Shown here: positions 49,609-59,719 of the stretch, piece by piece
Position numbering within the stretch: the stretch's first letter is position 1
Layout of the letters: the number at the start of each line of letters is the position of its first letter
Assembly (NCBI GenBank): GCA_037445065.1
Contig: JBBILD010000004.1
Location: forward strand, 32,001 to 96,000
DNA from: Myxococcales bacterium
GTDB taxonomy: Bacteria > Desulfobacterota > Binatia > HRBIN30
Length of the DNA stretch: 64,000 nucleotides
Direction: 5' to 3'
Notes under the pieces: model-generated
The model's database searches: none
What the model was told of the DNA's origin: nothing
Seen by the model: the letters and a program-made list of their open reading frames with translations, nothing else
Translations under genes and position numbers: made by a program

Positions 49609-50741
49609 AAGAGTCTGCACTGCGCATTGCCCATATTGTGTGGAAGGAGCTGCTGCAGATCAGCCGCGACCGGCGCATGTTTTCCCTCGTCCTCATGATG
49701 CCGGTGATCGAGCTGTTCATCTTTGGCTATGTGGTGGCCACGGATATTACCGACATTGCGCTGGCCGTGTGCGACTACGATCGCACCGCACCGAGCCGAG
49801 GCTACGTGGAGCACTTGGTGCGCAGCGGGTACTTTCGCATCGGTGCTGGATGCGAGCAGGTGAGCGACGCGAACCGCTTGTTGGATCGAGGGGTGGTCAA
49901 GCTGGTGCTGATCGTTCCGCCTGACTTCTCGGAACGACTGCGGCGCCAGCAGACGGCGGAGGTGTCGGCTCTGATTGACGGTAGCAACTCCAACATCGCC
50001 ATGATTGCTGCCGCGTATTTGGAACAAATCACGCTCACCGAATCGGTGCGGGTGCGCTTTCCGGATCGCGAGGTGGGTGCGCGCAGCGTGACCCATCCTA
50101 TGGTCTCGGTGGAGCCGAGGGTGTGGTTCAATCCAGAGCTGCGCAGTGTCCGCTACATGGTCCCGGCCATCATTTGCGTCTTGCTGATGGAATCCCTGGT
50201 TGTGCTCACGGCCATTGCCATCGTGCGCGAGAAGGAGCGGGGCACGATGGAGCAGTTGATCGTCACCCCCATCCGACCCGGTGAACTCATCTTGGGCAAA
50301 GCCATCCCCTTCATTGCCATCGGTTACATCAACATGGGGGCGGTCATGCTTGCAGGCCGTTACTGGTTTGGGGTCGAAATGGTTGGCTCGCTGCCCCTTC
50401 TCCTCGCGCTGAGCTTTCTCTTTATTCTCACATGCCTCGGGATGGGACTTCTGGTCTCCTCTTTGTCGAATACGCAGCAGCAGGCGTCCATGCTGGGGCA
50501 ATTCATGCTGCTGCCCAACTTGTTTTTCTCCGGCTTCATTTTCCCGATCTCGAGCATGCCGGAAGCCATTCAGTACCTCACCCACGTGATCCCACTCCGG
50601 TACTACATCACCATCGTGCGCGGGATCTTTCTAAAGAATGCAGGCTGGCCGGAACTGTGGGACGAAAGCGTGATTCTACTCGTGTTCGGCATCGCCATCC
50701 TGACCCTGGCGAGCCTCACCTTCCGCAAGCGCCTGGGCTGA
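49605..50741 (+). CDS. ABC-2 exporter permease (YbhR-like)
   Basis: KELLQISRD, WFNPEL, REKERGTMEQL; ATGA overlap with upstream gene. Confidence 0.9.
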   Translation: MKESALRIAHIVWKELLQISRDRRMFSLVLMMPVIELFIFGYVVATDITDIALAVCDYDRTAPSRGYVEHLVRSGYFRIGAGCEQVSDANRLLDRGVVKLVLIVPPDFSERLRRQQTAEVSALIDGSNSNIAMIAAAYLEQITLTESVRVRFPDREVGARSVTHPMVSVEPRVWFNPELRSVRYMVPAIICVLLMESLVVLTAIAIVREKERGTMEQLIVTPIRPGELILGKAIPFIAIGYINMGAVMLAGRYWFGVEMVGSLPLLLALSFLFILTCLGMGLLVSSLSNTQQQASMLGQFMLLPNLFFSGFIFPISSMPEAIQYLTHVIPLRYYITIVRGIFLKNAGWPELWDESVILLVFGIAILTLASLTFRKRLG

Positions 50742-51249
50742 AGCGGAGATCAGTCCGGCTGACAGCTCTCGACCCCCGCCAATCGGAAAGGGCGGCAGCG
50801 GTCTTGCCGGTCGGGCAACGCGGCGCGGACCGGCCTGCGAAAGCGTGGCAAGGCCGAAGGACAGCGTCCGGGCGACTGGGCCGGCGCGCCGCCATCACAG
50901 GCGTGCGTGGGCGCAGCAGGGGGCGATGGTGGAGGCGGTGCAAACCTGGAGGTTCCGCGAGCAGGTCCTTGTCGGCCGTTGCGCGACGGGTGTGCCACGT
51001 ATGTTCGAGGGGCGGATTGCGCCGTTTGCAGCCGGGAAGAGCGAACTGGGGCAGCGCGGCGGTGGAGCTCCGCTCGAGGCTTTGTCCGTTCGTGCCCGGT
51101 GCGGGCGGCATTGGCCACCCCACCGATCCGATGAACCCGGTGGAAGCGCGAACTTGCTGAGACTATAGCCTGTATGGTAGGCGCGCAGATGCTGGCCGTG
51201 GTACCGGGTGCGGCGAATCGGGGCGAGACAACCAACGGGCGGCGTGCAA

Positions 51250-51550
51250 ATGGATGAACAGCCGGAACAACCGGGCACCGTGCCGTGTCCGTTCTGCAAG
51301 GAGCCGGTTCTCTTTGGTGCGATCAAATGCAAGCACTGCGGAAGCGATTTGGCCGCTGCAAAGAAATCAGATCTCGCGGCCGGTTGTTTGGGGCTCCTTC
51401 GTGGGCCTATGGTACAAGGGCCATTGGGCAGCCGGCTTTGCGTGGCTCGTTATGGCAATGCTCTTTGCCCTCGGTTCCGGGGGTTGGCTTTTACCCTTCT
51501 TCTGGATCGGCATGGCCGTACATGCCGCTCTTGCCAAACCGAAGGGTTGA
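51250..51550 (+). pseudogene. Frameshifted zinc-ribbon + membrane protein
   Basis: CPFC...CKHCG then LAAGCLGLL; continues in another frame as VGLWYKGHWAAGFAWLVM...PKG*. Confidence 0.55.
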
Positions 51551-52125
51551 TTCGGTCGGCAGAACCCCAAACCTGGGTTGCGGTAGTAGCCCGCGTGAGC
51601 CGGTACATTCGATGATCAAGCGCGCCGCTGCGAGCGGTGATTCGGTCTTCCAGGTGAACCGGCCGAAGGGGTCGTTCGCCCGCTCGCAACGAGGCAACCG
51701 AAGTTCGCGTCATGGCCGCGCGGACTGTGTGTCGGCCATGCGCAAGCAGCCGTAAGGTATGGGCAGTCCGAGCGGCCCCGAACGTGCGTCGGTGCGGTGC
51801 CTCGCAGCACCTGTGTGCAGGCACCGGCGACCTGGGCAAACTTGGCCGCCTTGAAATTGCCAAGAACACCTGCGGCCCCCGGGGGGCCCGGCGCGGCACC
51901 CCTTTGGAACATCCGGACAAGAACCGGGAAGCGTTCCGCCGCCAAAAATGGTCTCGGCTTGAGTGTCGCCGACCACCTAGGAAGGCGTAGGCACACGGTT
52001 TCCCCTGGCGTCGCAGCGGCGACCGAATCCGATCGGACAAGGTGTCTGCCGCTGTGGCTCCACCCGGAGAAACCCGGCCTGAGCTTCGGGTCGGGGCTGC
52101 GTGCCCCAAAAAAAATTCAAGAGTT

Positions 52126-52154
52126 GGGAACTTTTTGTTCCGTTTCAGCGTTTA
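52126..52154 (+). promoter_or_regulatory. ECF sigma-type promoter (copy 1)
   Basis: GGGAACTTTTT-N10-AGCGTTTA with upstream A-tract; same motif at 56672 and 59052. Confidence 0.8.
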
Positions 52155-52199
52155 ATAGGGCGAAAGAAACCCCGCAGCAGGGGAACGAAGGAGGCTTGG

Positions 52200-52793
52200 A
52201 TGCGAGGAAGGTTATGGTTGCTTTCGATCGCGGCGGGCGTGATGCTGGCGAGCCAAGCGAGCGCTGCCGTCTACTCGGTGGATCCCGAACACACCAGTGT
52301 CACCTTTACCGTCCGGCACTTGCTGACCAAGGTCAAAGGAAGGTTCGACCGCTTCGAAGGCCGCATTGTTTTTGACCCAGCCAAGCCGGAGGCCACGGTG
52401 GTCACCGGCTCGATCGATGTGGCCAGTATCAATACGAACGTCGAGGAGCGCGACAAGGACCTGCGCTCGCCGCGTTTTTTCGACGCCGACAAGTTTCCCA
52501 AGATCCGGTTTCGCTCGCTTAAAGTGACCGACCTGAGCGCCGACAAGAAGAGCGGCAAAATGCATGGCCTGCTGACCATTCGAGACGTCGAGCGTCCGGT
52601 CGTGCTGGATGTGAGTTATCTCGGTGAGGTCAAGGACCCGTGGGGAAACGTGCGCGCGGCATTTACCGCGTCCACCATGATCAACCGGAAGGACTTCGGC
52701 CTCACCTGGAACGAAGTGCTCGAGACCGGAGGCGTGCTGGTCGGTGACGAGATCAAAATTGAACTGGACGTGGAAGGGCTGCGCCAGGATTGA
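52200..52793 (+). CDS. yceI: YceI family periplasmic protein
   Basis: YSVDPEHTSVTF, RDKDLRS..FFD, DPWGN, INRKDFGL. Confidence 0.92.
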   Translation: MRGRLWLLSIAAGVMLASQASAAVYSVDPEHTSVTFTVRHLLTKVKGRFDRFEGRIVFDPAKPEATVVTGSIDVASINTNVEERDKDLRSPRFFDADKFPKIRFRSLKVTDLSADKKSGKMHGLLTIRDVERPVVLDVSYLGEVKDPWGNVRAAFTASTMINRKDFGLTWNEVLETGGVLVGDEIKIELDVEGLRQD

Positions 52794-53009
52794 GCCATGA
52801 GGCACACGAAACGCACTGTGCGTGCGGTGCCACGCGGCGGACCCCCCCCCCCCAGGCTGGCGGTACGGGGTCCCGATCCAGCGTGGCCTGATGGCCGGCA
52901 AACGTGCGCTGCCACCCAAGAACGGGCGCCGCCCTGCCGCTGACCGTAGCGATGGGGAGGAATGGTAGCGAACTCGTAGGAAGCAAAGCGAAGAACGGAG
53001 GGACTTTTG

Positions 53010-53303
53010 ATGAACCGGGAATCGAAGACAGCGAAAGTGTTGCTGGCCTCGGCGGTCGCTGGGCTGCTGGCGGCGGGAAGCTTGGCCACGCCAGCGCGGG
53101 CTGCCGAAGAAGGCAAAGTCAAATGTTACGGCGTAAACGCTTGCAAGGGGCAAGGAGCTTGCGGCGGGAAAGGTCACTCCTGTGCGGGCAAAAACGCCTG
53201 CAAGGGTCAGGGCTACCTGGAGATGAGCAAAGACGAGTGCCTCAAGAAGGGTGGGCGGCTCACCGAGGAAGCGGAGCAAAAGCCGGCTGGGAAATCGAGC
53301 TGA
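53010..53303 (+). CDS. Bufferin-type (BufA2-like) periplasmic Cys-rich RiPP precursor
   Basis: Signal peptide; KCYGVNACKGQGAC...HSCAGKNACKGQG...CLKKGG; directly upstream of DUF692. Confidence 0.85.
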   Translation: MNRESKTAKVLLASAVAGLLAAGSLATPARAAEEGKVKCYGVNACKGQGACGGKGHSCAGKNACKGQGYLEMSKDECLKKGGRLTEEAEQKPAGKSS

Positions 53304-53316
53304 ACGGCGGCTCTCG

Positions 53317-54171
53317 ATGGGTAGTTGGCCGAACTTGGGCTTTGGGGTCGGTTTGCGGCCGGTCCATTACGACTCGGTGATCGACGCGCCCCGCCAAGTA
53401 GACTGGTTCGAGGTGATCACGGAAAACTATCTGGACACCTCGGGCCGCCCGCTCTGGGTGCTGGAGCGGGTGCGCCGCGACTACCCGATTGCCCTGCACG
53501 GCGTTGGACTCTCGATCGGTTCTGTGGATCCGTTGGACCACGCCTACCTGCGCCGCTTGCGCTCCTTGGTACGGCGCATCGATCCTGTGCTGGTGACCGA
53601 CCATCTGTGCTGGACCGGCGTGGATGGACATCACCTCTTCGACCTGCTTCCCCTGCCGTACACCGAAGAAGCCTTGAAGCATGTCGCCGCCCGAGTCCGC
53701 GCCGTGCAGGAGATCCTCGGCCGCCGCATTTTGCTCGAAAACCCCTCGACCTACATCGCATTTCGACACTCGACGATGCGGGAATGGGAGTTCTTGGCTG
53801 CGGTCGCAGCGGAAGCGGACTGCGGCATCCTGCTCGACGTCAACAACGTTTACGTGAGTGCCTTTAATCACGGCTTCGACCCGCAGGAGTACATGGACGC
53901 CATCCCGCCTGAACGAGTCGGGCAGTTTCACCTCGCCGGATACACCGACATGGAGGACTACCTGTTCGACACCCACAGTTGCCCGGTTTCCGGGGGAGTG
54001 TGGGAACTGTACGCGCACGCCGTGCGCCGCTTCGGGCCGGTGTCCACGATTGTCGAGTGGGACGCCGACATTCCACCGTTCTCCGTCGTGGTCGGCGAAG
54101 CCAGGCAAGCGAAGACGATCGCGCAGAGGGTGTATGGCAGTGAAGAGCAACGCGCCGCCGACGCTGCGTGA
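53317..54171 (+). CDS. DUF692 multinuclear non-heme iron oxidase (MNIO, BufB-like)
   Basis: GVGLR, WFEVITENY, HGVGLSIGS, DHLCW, LENPSTY, LLDVNNVYV, HLAG, DTH, EWD. Confidence 0.95.
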   Translation: MGSWPNLGFGVGLRPVHYDSVIDAPRQVDWFEVITENYLDTSGRPLWVLERVRRDYPIALHGVGLSIGSVDPLDHAYLRRLRSLVRRIDPVLVTDHLCWTGVDGHHLFDLLPLPYTEEALKHVAARVRAVQEILGRRILLENPSTYIAFRHSTMREWEFLAAVAAEADCGILLDVNNVYVSAFNHGFDPQEYMDAIPPERVGQFHLAGYTDMEDYLFDTHSCPVSGGVWELYAHAVRRFGPVSTIVEWDADIPPFSVVVGEARQAKTIAQRVYGSEEQRAADAA

Positions 54172-55000
54172 GTTGCAGCGGTGGATGTGCGCGGTGATCC
54201 GCGCGCCGCAGCCAGCCGACAGGAAGCGCTCGCCACGAGCGGACTGTAGCGCGTACGTGCTTCCTGCGGCTCCTCAAGCCGCGGCAGTGCGCCTCCAAGT
54301 TTATATCGGTGGATACCCAGCGCGTATCCGCGAGTCGCTCGAGGAAAGCTTCCCAGCCGTAGCCAAAGTCCTCGGCCCGCGGCATTGGACCCGCTTGGTC
54401 GAGCGGTACACCCGTTGGGCGCCGCAGCCTTCGTACAACCTGAATCACGCTGGGGCGCTGTTGCCGAAGTTGCTGCGCACCGACCCGCTTGCCCTGGAGT
54501 TCCCGTTTCTTCCCGACTTGGCGCGGCTCGAATGGCAAGTTGTCAAGGCGTTTCATGCCCGCGCGATGCGGCCACTATCTGCCAGTGCCGTGGCGCAGTG
54601 GTCGAGCGAGCAGTGGGAGCGCGCGGTCATCCGCTTCCAGCCGGCAGTGTCGGTTGTGGAGTCGGATTGGCCGGTCCGTAAAATCTGGTGGAGCGCGCTG
54701 CAGGGCAAGCTGCGCGGCCGAATGCCGCGGAGTCGCCAGCGCAATTACGCCCTGGTGTGGAGGGCAGGTTTCCGCGTGCGCTGCGACGCAATCTCGGCTG
54801 GAGAGGCGCAAGCACTGGGGTTGCTGCTTCGCCGCTGTACCCTAGGGGAGCTGAGTCGGCACCTGCAGGGTCGCGTCGCGCCCTCGGAAGTGACGAGGTG
54901 GTTCTCGTCCTGGATGGCGGCGGGAATGATCGTGGGATGTACAGCAAATGGGCTTGGCGAGCAGGCGGCCGCCTTGGAGAAGGGGACATGCAAGCGGTAG
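54134..55000 (+). CDS. DUF2063 / HvfC-BufC family MNIO partner protein
   Basis: RLQVY, ESLEESFP, LPDLARLEW; follows DUF692. Confidence 0.85.
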   Translation: MAVKSNAPPTLRELQRWMCAVIRAPQPADRKRSPRADCSAYVLPAAPQAAAVRLQVYIGGYPARIRESLEESFPAVAKVLGPRHWTRLVERYTRWAPQPSYNLNHAGALLPKLLRTDPLALEFPFLPDLARLEWQVVKAFHARAMRPLSASAVAQWSSEQWERAVIRFQPAVSVVESDWPVRKIWWSALQGKLRGRMPRSRQRNYALVWRAGFRVRCDAISAGEAQALGLLLRRCTLGELSRHLQGRVAPSEVTRWFSSWMAAGMIVGCTANGLGEQAAALEKGTCKR

Positions 55001-55731
55001 CTGCACAACCCCGATCTCAGGCAGCCATTCCAGTCGGCGCGTGCAACGCGCTGGGTCCACCACGAACGCGCAGAGACGGTCTTCGAACCAGCCTGCACGG
55101 CCTCCGGCGTGAGCGCGAACTATGGTCGACCCCAGATGGCAACGGTGTTAAGCGAGCACGCGTGTCCAAGGGAGCTGGCGCTGAGCGGCCGCACTTCGAA
55201 CGTACCGCGCTACCTCACATGGAGTCAGTTTACAGTACGGCGGTGTACTTGTGCGGCAATCCGGACGAGGCAGCAGACCTCATGCAAGACACTTTCCTGC
55301 GCGCCTATCGGGCTTGGGACCAGTTTCAGCCGGGCACGAATTGCAAGGCCTGGCTTCTCAAGATCTTGTACAACACGTTTTGCAGTCAGTGGCGTCTGGC
55401 GCGCCGAAGCCCTCCCGTGGTTGCCCTGGAAGCGGCTGCCTCGGAGCAGGGACTCGCGGGAGAATCGGGTGGGTCGGCGGATGATCCGGAGAGTTTGCTG
55501 ACTGCGGGGTCGTTCGGGGAAGACATCCGCTCCGCCTTGCAGACATTACCGGAAGAGTATCGTCAGGTTGTTGTGCTCGTGGATATCGAGGAGCTGAGCT
55601 ATGGCGAAGCCGCCGAGGTCTTGCAGTGCCCAGTTGGCACGGTGCGCTCGCGGCTCGCGCGAGCGCGCACGGCTTTGCGCAAAACGTTGCTCGCTGCCAG
55701 GGAACGGAAGGGACGTTTTCGCTCGGGGTGA
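54988..55731 (+). CDS. ECF RNA polymerase sigma factor
   Basis: DLMQDTFLRAY, AWLLKILYN, LPEEYR, ELSYGEAA, GTVRSRLARAR; start may be further downstream (about 55160). Confidence 0.9.
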   Translation: MQAVAAQPRSQAAIPVGACNALGPPRTRRDGLRTSLHGLRRERELWSTPDGNGVKRARVSKGAGAERPHFERTALPHMESVYSTAVYLCGNPDEAADLMQDTFLRAYRAWDQFQPGTNCKAWLLKILYNTFCSQWRLARRSPPVVALEAAASEQGLAGESGGSADDPESLLTAGSFGEDIRSALQTLPEEYRQVVVLVDIEELSYGEAAEVLQCPVGTVRSRLARARTALRKTLLAARERKGRFRSG

Positions 55732-55733
55732 CC

Positions 55734-56516
55734 ATGGACTGCCGCGCGTACCAGGAATGTGTTGCCGCTCACGTGGACGGGGCGCTCGACCCGCAAGAAC
55801 GGGACGAGGCGGAAGCTCACGTTCGTGCGTGCTCGGCCTGCGCAGAGCTGCGTGCCGAACAGGAAGAGATGAAAGCAACTCTGCGCGCGAGTGCGGCCCG
55901 CTACCCACTGCCCCCAGAAGTGCGAACCCGCGCGTTGCGCGCCCTCGATGTCGCCGCAGGTGTGCCGGTGGAGCCGCGCAGGCCCGGTTTCCTTCGACAG
56001 CGGCGCACCACTTGGCTCGCCCTCGTCGGTGCGGCTGCAGCACTGTTCGCGCTGGTCATTGCTAGACTCGTGACGGCCCCGGGAGATCCGTTGCTGTCTG
56101 CACTGGCCGAAGATGTGCGGAGCGCCAACGCGGGGCGATTGCACCTCGAGGTTCGCTCGCGCGACGTGGAGGAACTCCGCGCTTACTACCGGCAGGCCGG
56201 GTTCGAGTTCGAGCACACGGTGGGGGACTTTCGCGACGCGGGCTGGTCGGTCGTGGGAGCTACTGTGGGGCGGATCGGCAAGGTGCGGACCACACTCACG
56301 CTCTACGAGAGCAGCACCGGTAAAATCATTTGCCGCCGTTTTCTGGTGGGCACGCTGCCATTGCCACCGGGCGGCGAACGATTCGGGGATTACGCCGTGT
56401 ATTCCGTGGGCGACGTCACGATCGTCATCCACCGCATTGGGGATGTGCTGTGCGTCCTTGCCTCGACGATCCCTCGCGCTGAGTTCTTGCGGAACGTCGC
56501 CGGGGTGGACCTCTGA
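55734..56516 (+). CDS. zf-HC2 transmembrane anti-sigma factor
   Basis: MDC...HVRACSAC (HxxxCxxC), one TM helix, C-terminal extracytoplasmic domain. Confidence 0.88.
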   Translation: MDCRAYQECVAAHVDGALDPQERDEAEAHVRACSACAELRAEQEEMKATLRASAARYPLPPEVRTRALRALDVAAGVPVEPRRPGFLRQRRTTWLALVGAAAALFALVIARLVTAPGDPLLSALAEDVRSANAGRLHLEVRSRDVEELRAYYRQAGFEFEHTVGDFRDAGWSVVGATVGRIGKVRTTLTLYESSTGKIICRRFLVGTLPLPPGGERFGDYAVYSVGDVTIVIHRIGDVLCVLASTIPRAEFLRNVAGVDL

Positions 56517-56671
56517 GCTGGCGCGGCCGTTGGGGTTCTCCGTGCAGGGCAAGGCTGGGAATGGGTTGGGATCGGCCCTGGGTAGCGGCCATGGAGCGGC
56601 GTCGTTTGGAGTCGCATTCCCCCTGTCCGTGGGGTTGATCCGAAGCCGCGTGAAAAAAAATTTCTTTTTTC

Positions 56672-56700
56672 GGGAACTTTTTGCCCCGCCAAAGCGTTTA
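56672..56700 (+). promoter_or_regulatory. ECF sigma-type promoter (copy 2)
   Basis: GGGAACTTTTT-N10-AGCGTTTA with upstream A/T tract. Confidence 0.8.
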
Positions 56701-56815
56701 TATAGGCGTGTTGCGGATACGGCGATGGTGGTTCGGCAGGGAGGCGGCAGCCAGGGCCTCCGCTCGTCCTTCGCGACGACTGTGCGCGGACGGCGCCCCG
56801 CTCGCCGCTGCCACC

Positions 56816-57790
56816 GTGGCGCCGAACGCAAAAGCCAGGAGGCTGCAAGGGAGCAAGGCGCTGCGCGCTTGCGCATGGGGAACGGTAATTTTGCTGATGG
56901 CGCCTGCCGTGCGGGCATTCGATGTGTCGCGCCGGAAAATCCCGCTGGAGGAAATCGTCTCGGGTGGTCCGCCGAAAGACGGGATTCCCGCATTGCGAAG
57001 CCCGAAGTTCGTCCCGGTCGAAAAGGCAACCTTCCTCGCTCGCGACGACGAAGTTGTGGGACTGGTCGTGCAAGGGGAAGCGAGAGCCTATCCGATTCGG
57101 ATCCTCAATTGGCACGAGGTGGTGAACGATCAGATCGCGGGCAGGCCCGTGGCGATCACCTACTGCCCGCTGACTGGCAGTGCGGTCGTGTTCGATCGGC
57201 GCGTAGGCGAGAACGTTCTCACCTTCGGCGTGTCGGGCAAGCTCTACCAAAGCAACGTTTTGATGTACGACCACCAGACCGAAAGCCTGTGGTCGCAGCT
57301 CGCGCAAGAGGCCGTTACCGGGGAACGAATGGGGACCCGACTGCAAGCGGTCGCAGCAGAAGTGACTTCTTGGGAGGACTGGCGCTCCCGGCACCCGAAA
57401 ACCTTAGTGCTTTCACACGAGACTGGCTTTGCCCGCGATTACGGGCGCGATCCGTACCGCTGGTATCACGAGTCACCAGAAGTCATGTTCCCGGTCACGC
57501 GAGTAGACCCCCGCTTGCATGCCAAAGAATGGGTTCTCGGGATCGAGATCGGTGGTGCCGCGCGCGCTTACCCACTGCCGTCGCTGTCGAGGCACAGCCG
57601 TCTCGATGACGAGCTGGGAGGGGTTCGCATCCGTATAGAGTATGAGCCGCGTACCCGGCGCGCGGCCGTACGACGCCCCGACACGAGCGAGCCCCTCCCA
57701 TCTGTGCTTGCGTACTGGTTCGCGTGGGCGGCCTTTCACCCGCGAACCGAAGTATGGACTCCCAAACCGGCCGCGCCAAACCAGCCGTAA
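56816..57790 (+). CDS. DUF3179 domain protein, secreted
   Basis: GGPPKDGIPAL, RAYP, WHEVVND, TYCPLTGS, GVSGKLY.SN.LMYD..TESLWSQ, YWFAW; start uncertain. Confidence 0.9.
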   Translation: MAPNAKARRLQGSKALRACAWGTVILLMAPAVRAFDVSRRKIPLEEIVSGGPPKDGIPALRSPKFVPVEKATFLARDDEVVGLVVQGEARAYPIRILNWHEVVNDQIAGRPVAITYCPLTGSAVVFDRRVGENVLTFGVSGKLYQSNVLMYDHQTESLWSQLAQEAVTGERMGTRLQAVAAEVTSWEDWRSRHPKTLVLSHETGFARDYGRDPYRWYHESPEVMFPVTRVDPRLHAKEWVLGIEIGGAARAYPLPSLSRHSRLDDELGGVRIRIEYEPRTRRAAVRRPDTSEPLPSVLAYWFAWAAFHPRTEVWTPKPAAPNQP

Positions 57791-58207
57791 ATTGCGAGCA
57801 AACGATGCGGTTCACGACGACTTGCCTTGCTCGAGCCGAGTGCGGCGCCCTTGCAGGTCAAACGGTCGCACGGGGCACGCGGCGAGTTGGGTTGGCGAGG
57901 AACCACGAGCACTGCCGATGATCACGAGCCCCTGCGCACGATCCCACAGAGATGGTCGTGACCGTGCGGGTCGGCGGTCGGCGTCGCGAAAACGCTACGG
58001 GCTTGGTTTCTGGGCAGAAATTCTAGGGCGAAACTCAGCGTTCCTGCTCTTTTGCGTGGCGGGAGTACGACCAGCGACTCGCTCCCATTTCGCGGCGGCA
58101 AGGCAAGTGGCGCCGGTTGTTGGCCTGGCTTCGGTTCATCACCGCAGGGCCCAGGCTGGCGGCGCAGTGCAGCGAGTTCCGAGAAAACAAAGAGTCGAGG
58201 AGCACCG

Positions 58208-58576
58208 ATGAGTTTTGCCGCTCACTTGCTGGCCCAACCTCTTTGGGTGGTGGTTTGGGTTTCCTGGCTGGGGACGATGAACGCGGTGAGCATCTTTTTT
58301 CTCCGTCATCGCGAGGCACGCTGGGTTCTCGCAGCTTTTGCGAGCGCGGCCGTCTTCATGCACGTTTTGTTCGCCGTGAACGGGTTTAACCGCTTGCTCG
58401 GCCTGGCCCATCTCGTGTTCTGGACTCCCCTTTTGGTTTACCTTTGGAACGCGCTCGGCCGAATTGCCGCCACCTCGGGCTACGGAGTGTGGCTCCGCCT
58501 CCTGTTCGCCAGCAACGCCATTTCTTTGCTTTTCGATTTCACCGACGTCGTCCGTTATTTGCTCGGCGAGCGTTGA
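58208..58576 (+). CDS. Small multi-pass membrane protein
   Basis: GAGGAG RBS; about four TM helices; RLLGLAHLVFWTPL. Confidence 0.75.
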   Translation: MSFAAHLLAQPLWVVVWVSWLGTMNAVSIFFLRHREARWVLAAFASAAVFMHVLFAVNGFNRLLGLAHLVFWTPLLVYLWNALGRIAATSGYGVWLRLLFASNAISLLFDFTDVVRYLLGER

Positions 58577-59051
58577 GCGGGGCCGCTGTGCACAGGAGCA
58601 ACCCGCACTGCCGTAGGGCACCGTTATTCAGCCACTGGCGAGGCATAGTCGCACGTGAAGTCTCAGCGGCTCGCGGGCTTTGCGGGTCTGGAAATCTGGC
58701 GCCGTGCGCGACGCGGCGAATGGCTGAGCGGCCGACGCGGTGTCGCATCCTTGCCGACGGAGTAGCGGGAGGGAGGCGGGTAGCGCTGGGCCGTCCTGCG
58801 GGCTTGCGTGTGTTGTGGCCGTGCCCAGCAAGCCATTCGCCGAATCGCCTCCAGGAAGTCCGGCGTTGCTCGGGACGGGAACGTCTCGAGGTCACTGTGC
58901 AGGTGCGGCCAACGAATGCGTCGAGCCGCCCGGCCAGAGGTGGCCCACTTCTCCCGGCACGACCCTCCGTGTTCCGGGGCGGTGTGCTGGCAATTCGGCG
59001 CAACCCACTCGGGGCCCGTCCCGAGCTGCGGAGAAGGAAACGAAAAAAAGC

Positions 59052-59080
59052 GGGAACTTTTTCGCGAGGAAAAGCGTTTA
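59052..59080 (+). promoter_or_regulatory. ECF sigma-type promoter (copy 3)
   Basis: GGGAACTTTTT-N10-AGCGTTTA with upstream A-tract. Confidence 0.8.
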
Positions 59081-59137
59081 AAGGGTTGGTTTCGGATTTT
59101 TCGCAGCGCTCGAGAGCGCGGGAAGGAGACGGGAAAG

Positions 59138-59587
59138 ATGAAGGAGTTGGTACTTTCCGTGGCGATCGCCTTCACAGGCGTCGCCTTGGCGGCGACGGCG
59201 CTCAAGCAGCCTGAATCGAAGGGGAAGTTCGTTGTGATTTTGCAGGCGGGACGCGAGTCGCATGAAGGACTGGCACGCGCGGTCCATGCCCTGCTGTACA
59301 CCATGGAACTCAAGGAGCACGGGCATGAAGTGGTGCTGGTGCTCGACGGCGCTGGTACGGAGTGGGCGGAGGAGTGGACGAGAGCGGAGTCCACTCACAA
59401 GCTCACGCCGGTCTACCGCAAGCTGCGCAAAATGGGGATCACCGAGGTCATTTGCGACTTTTGCGCTGGCGCCTTCCATGTGAAGGAAGCGCTCAAAGAG
59501 CGCAACGCGCCGTTGCTGGCCGAGTACGAAGGTCACCCGAGTGTGGCCAAGTGGGCTGACCGCGGGTACCAGTTGATCGTCCTCTGA
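59138..59587 (+). CDS. DsrE/DsrF-like family protein with signal peptide and CxxC
   Basis: RAVHALLY..EL, LDGAGTEW, ICDFCAGAF, GHPS. Confidence 0.82.
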   Translation: MKELVLSVAIAFTGVALAATALKQPESKGKFVVILQAGRESHEGLARAVHALLYTMELKEHGHEVVLVLDGAGTEWAEEWTRAESTHKLTPVYRKLRKMGITEVICDFCAGAFHVKEALKERNAPLLAEYEGHPSVAKWADRGYQLIVL

Positions 59588-59719
59588 GGGCGCTCGGTGT
59601 CGGGTAAGCATAGGTGCGGGCGTCGCTCGTGTGGGATCTGGCGCTGTATGCAGGCGAGGCTCCTAGGATGCCGGGTTTTCTTGGGTCGTTGACTCCGTTC
59701 TTGCAAGGAGGATTCGCAC

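Noticed and set aside
52838..52873. C12 homopolymer in a hairpin between yceI and the RiPP precursor
   Set aside because: Intergenic; no evidence for phase variation, and the run length may be an assembly artefact
58905..58935. CGGCCAAC...GTCGAGCCG attC-like 5' half
   Set aside because: No matching GTTRRRY 3' arm found
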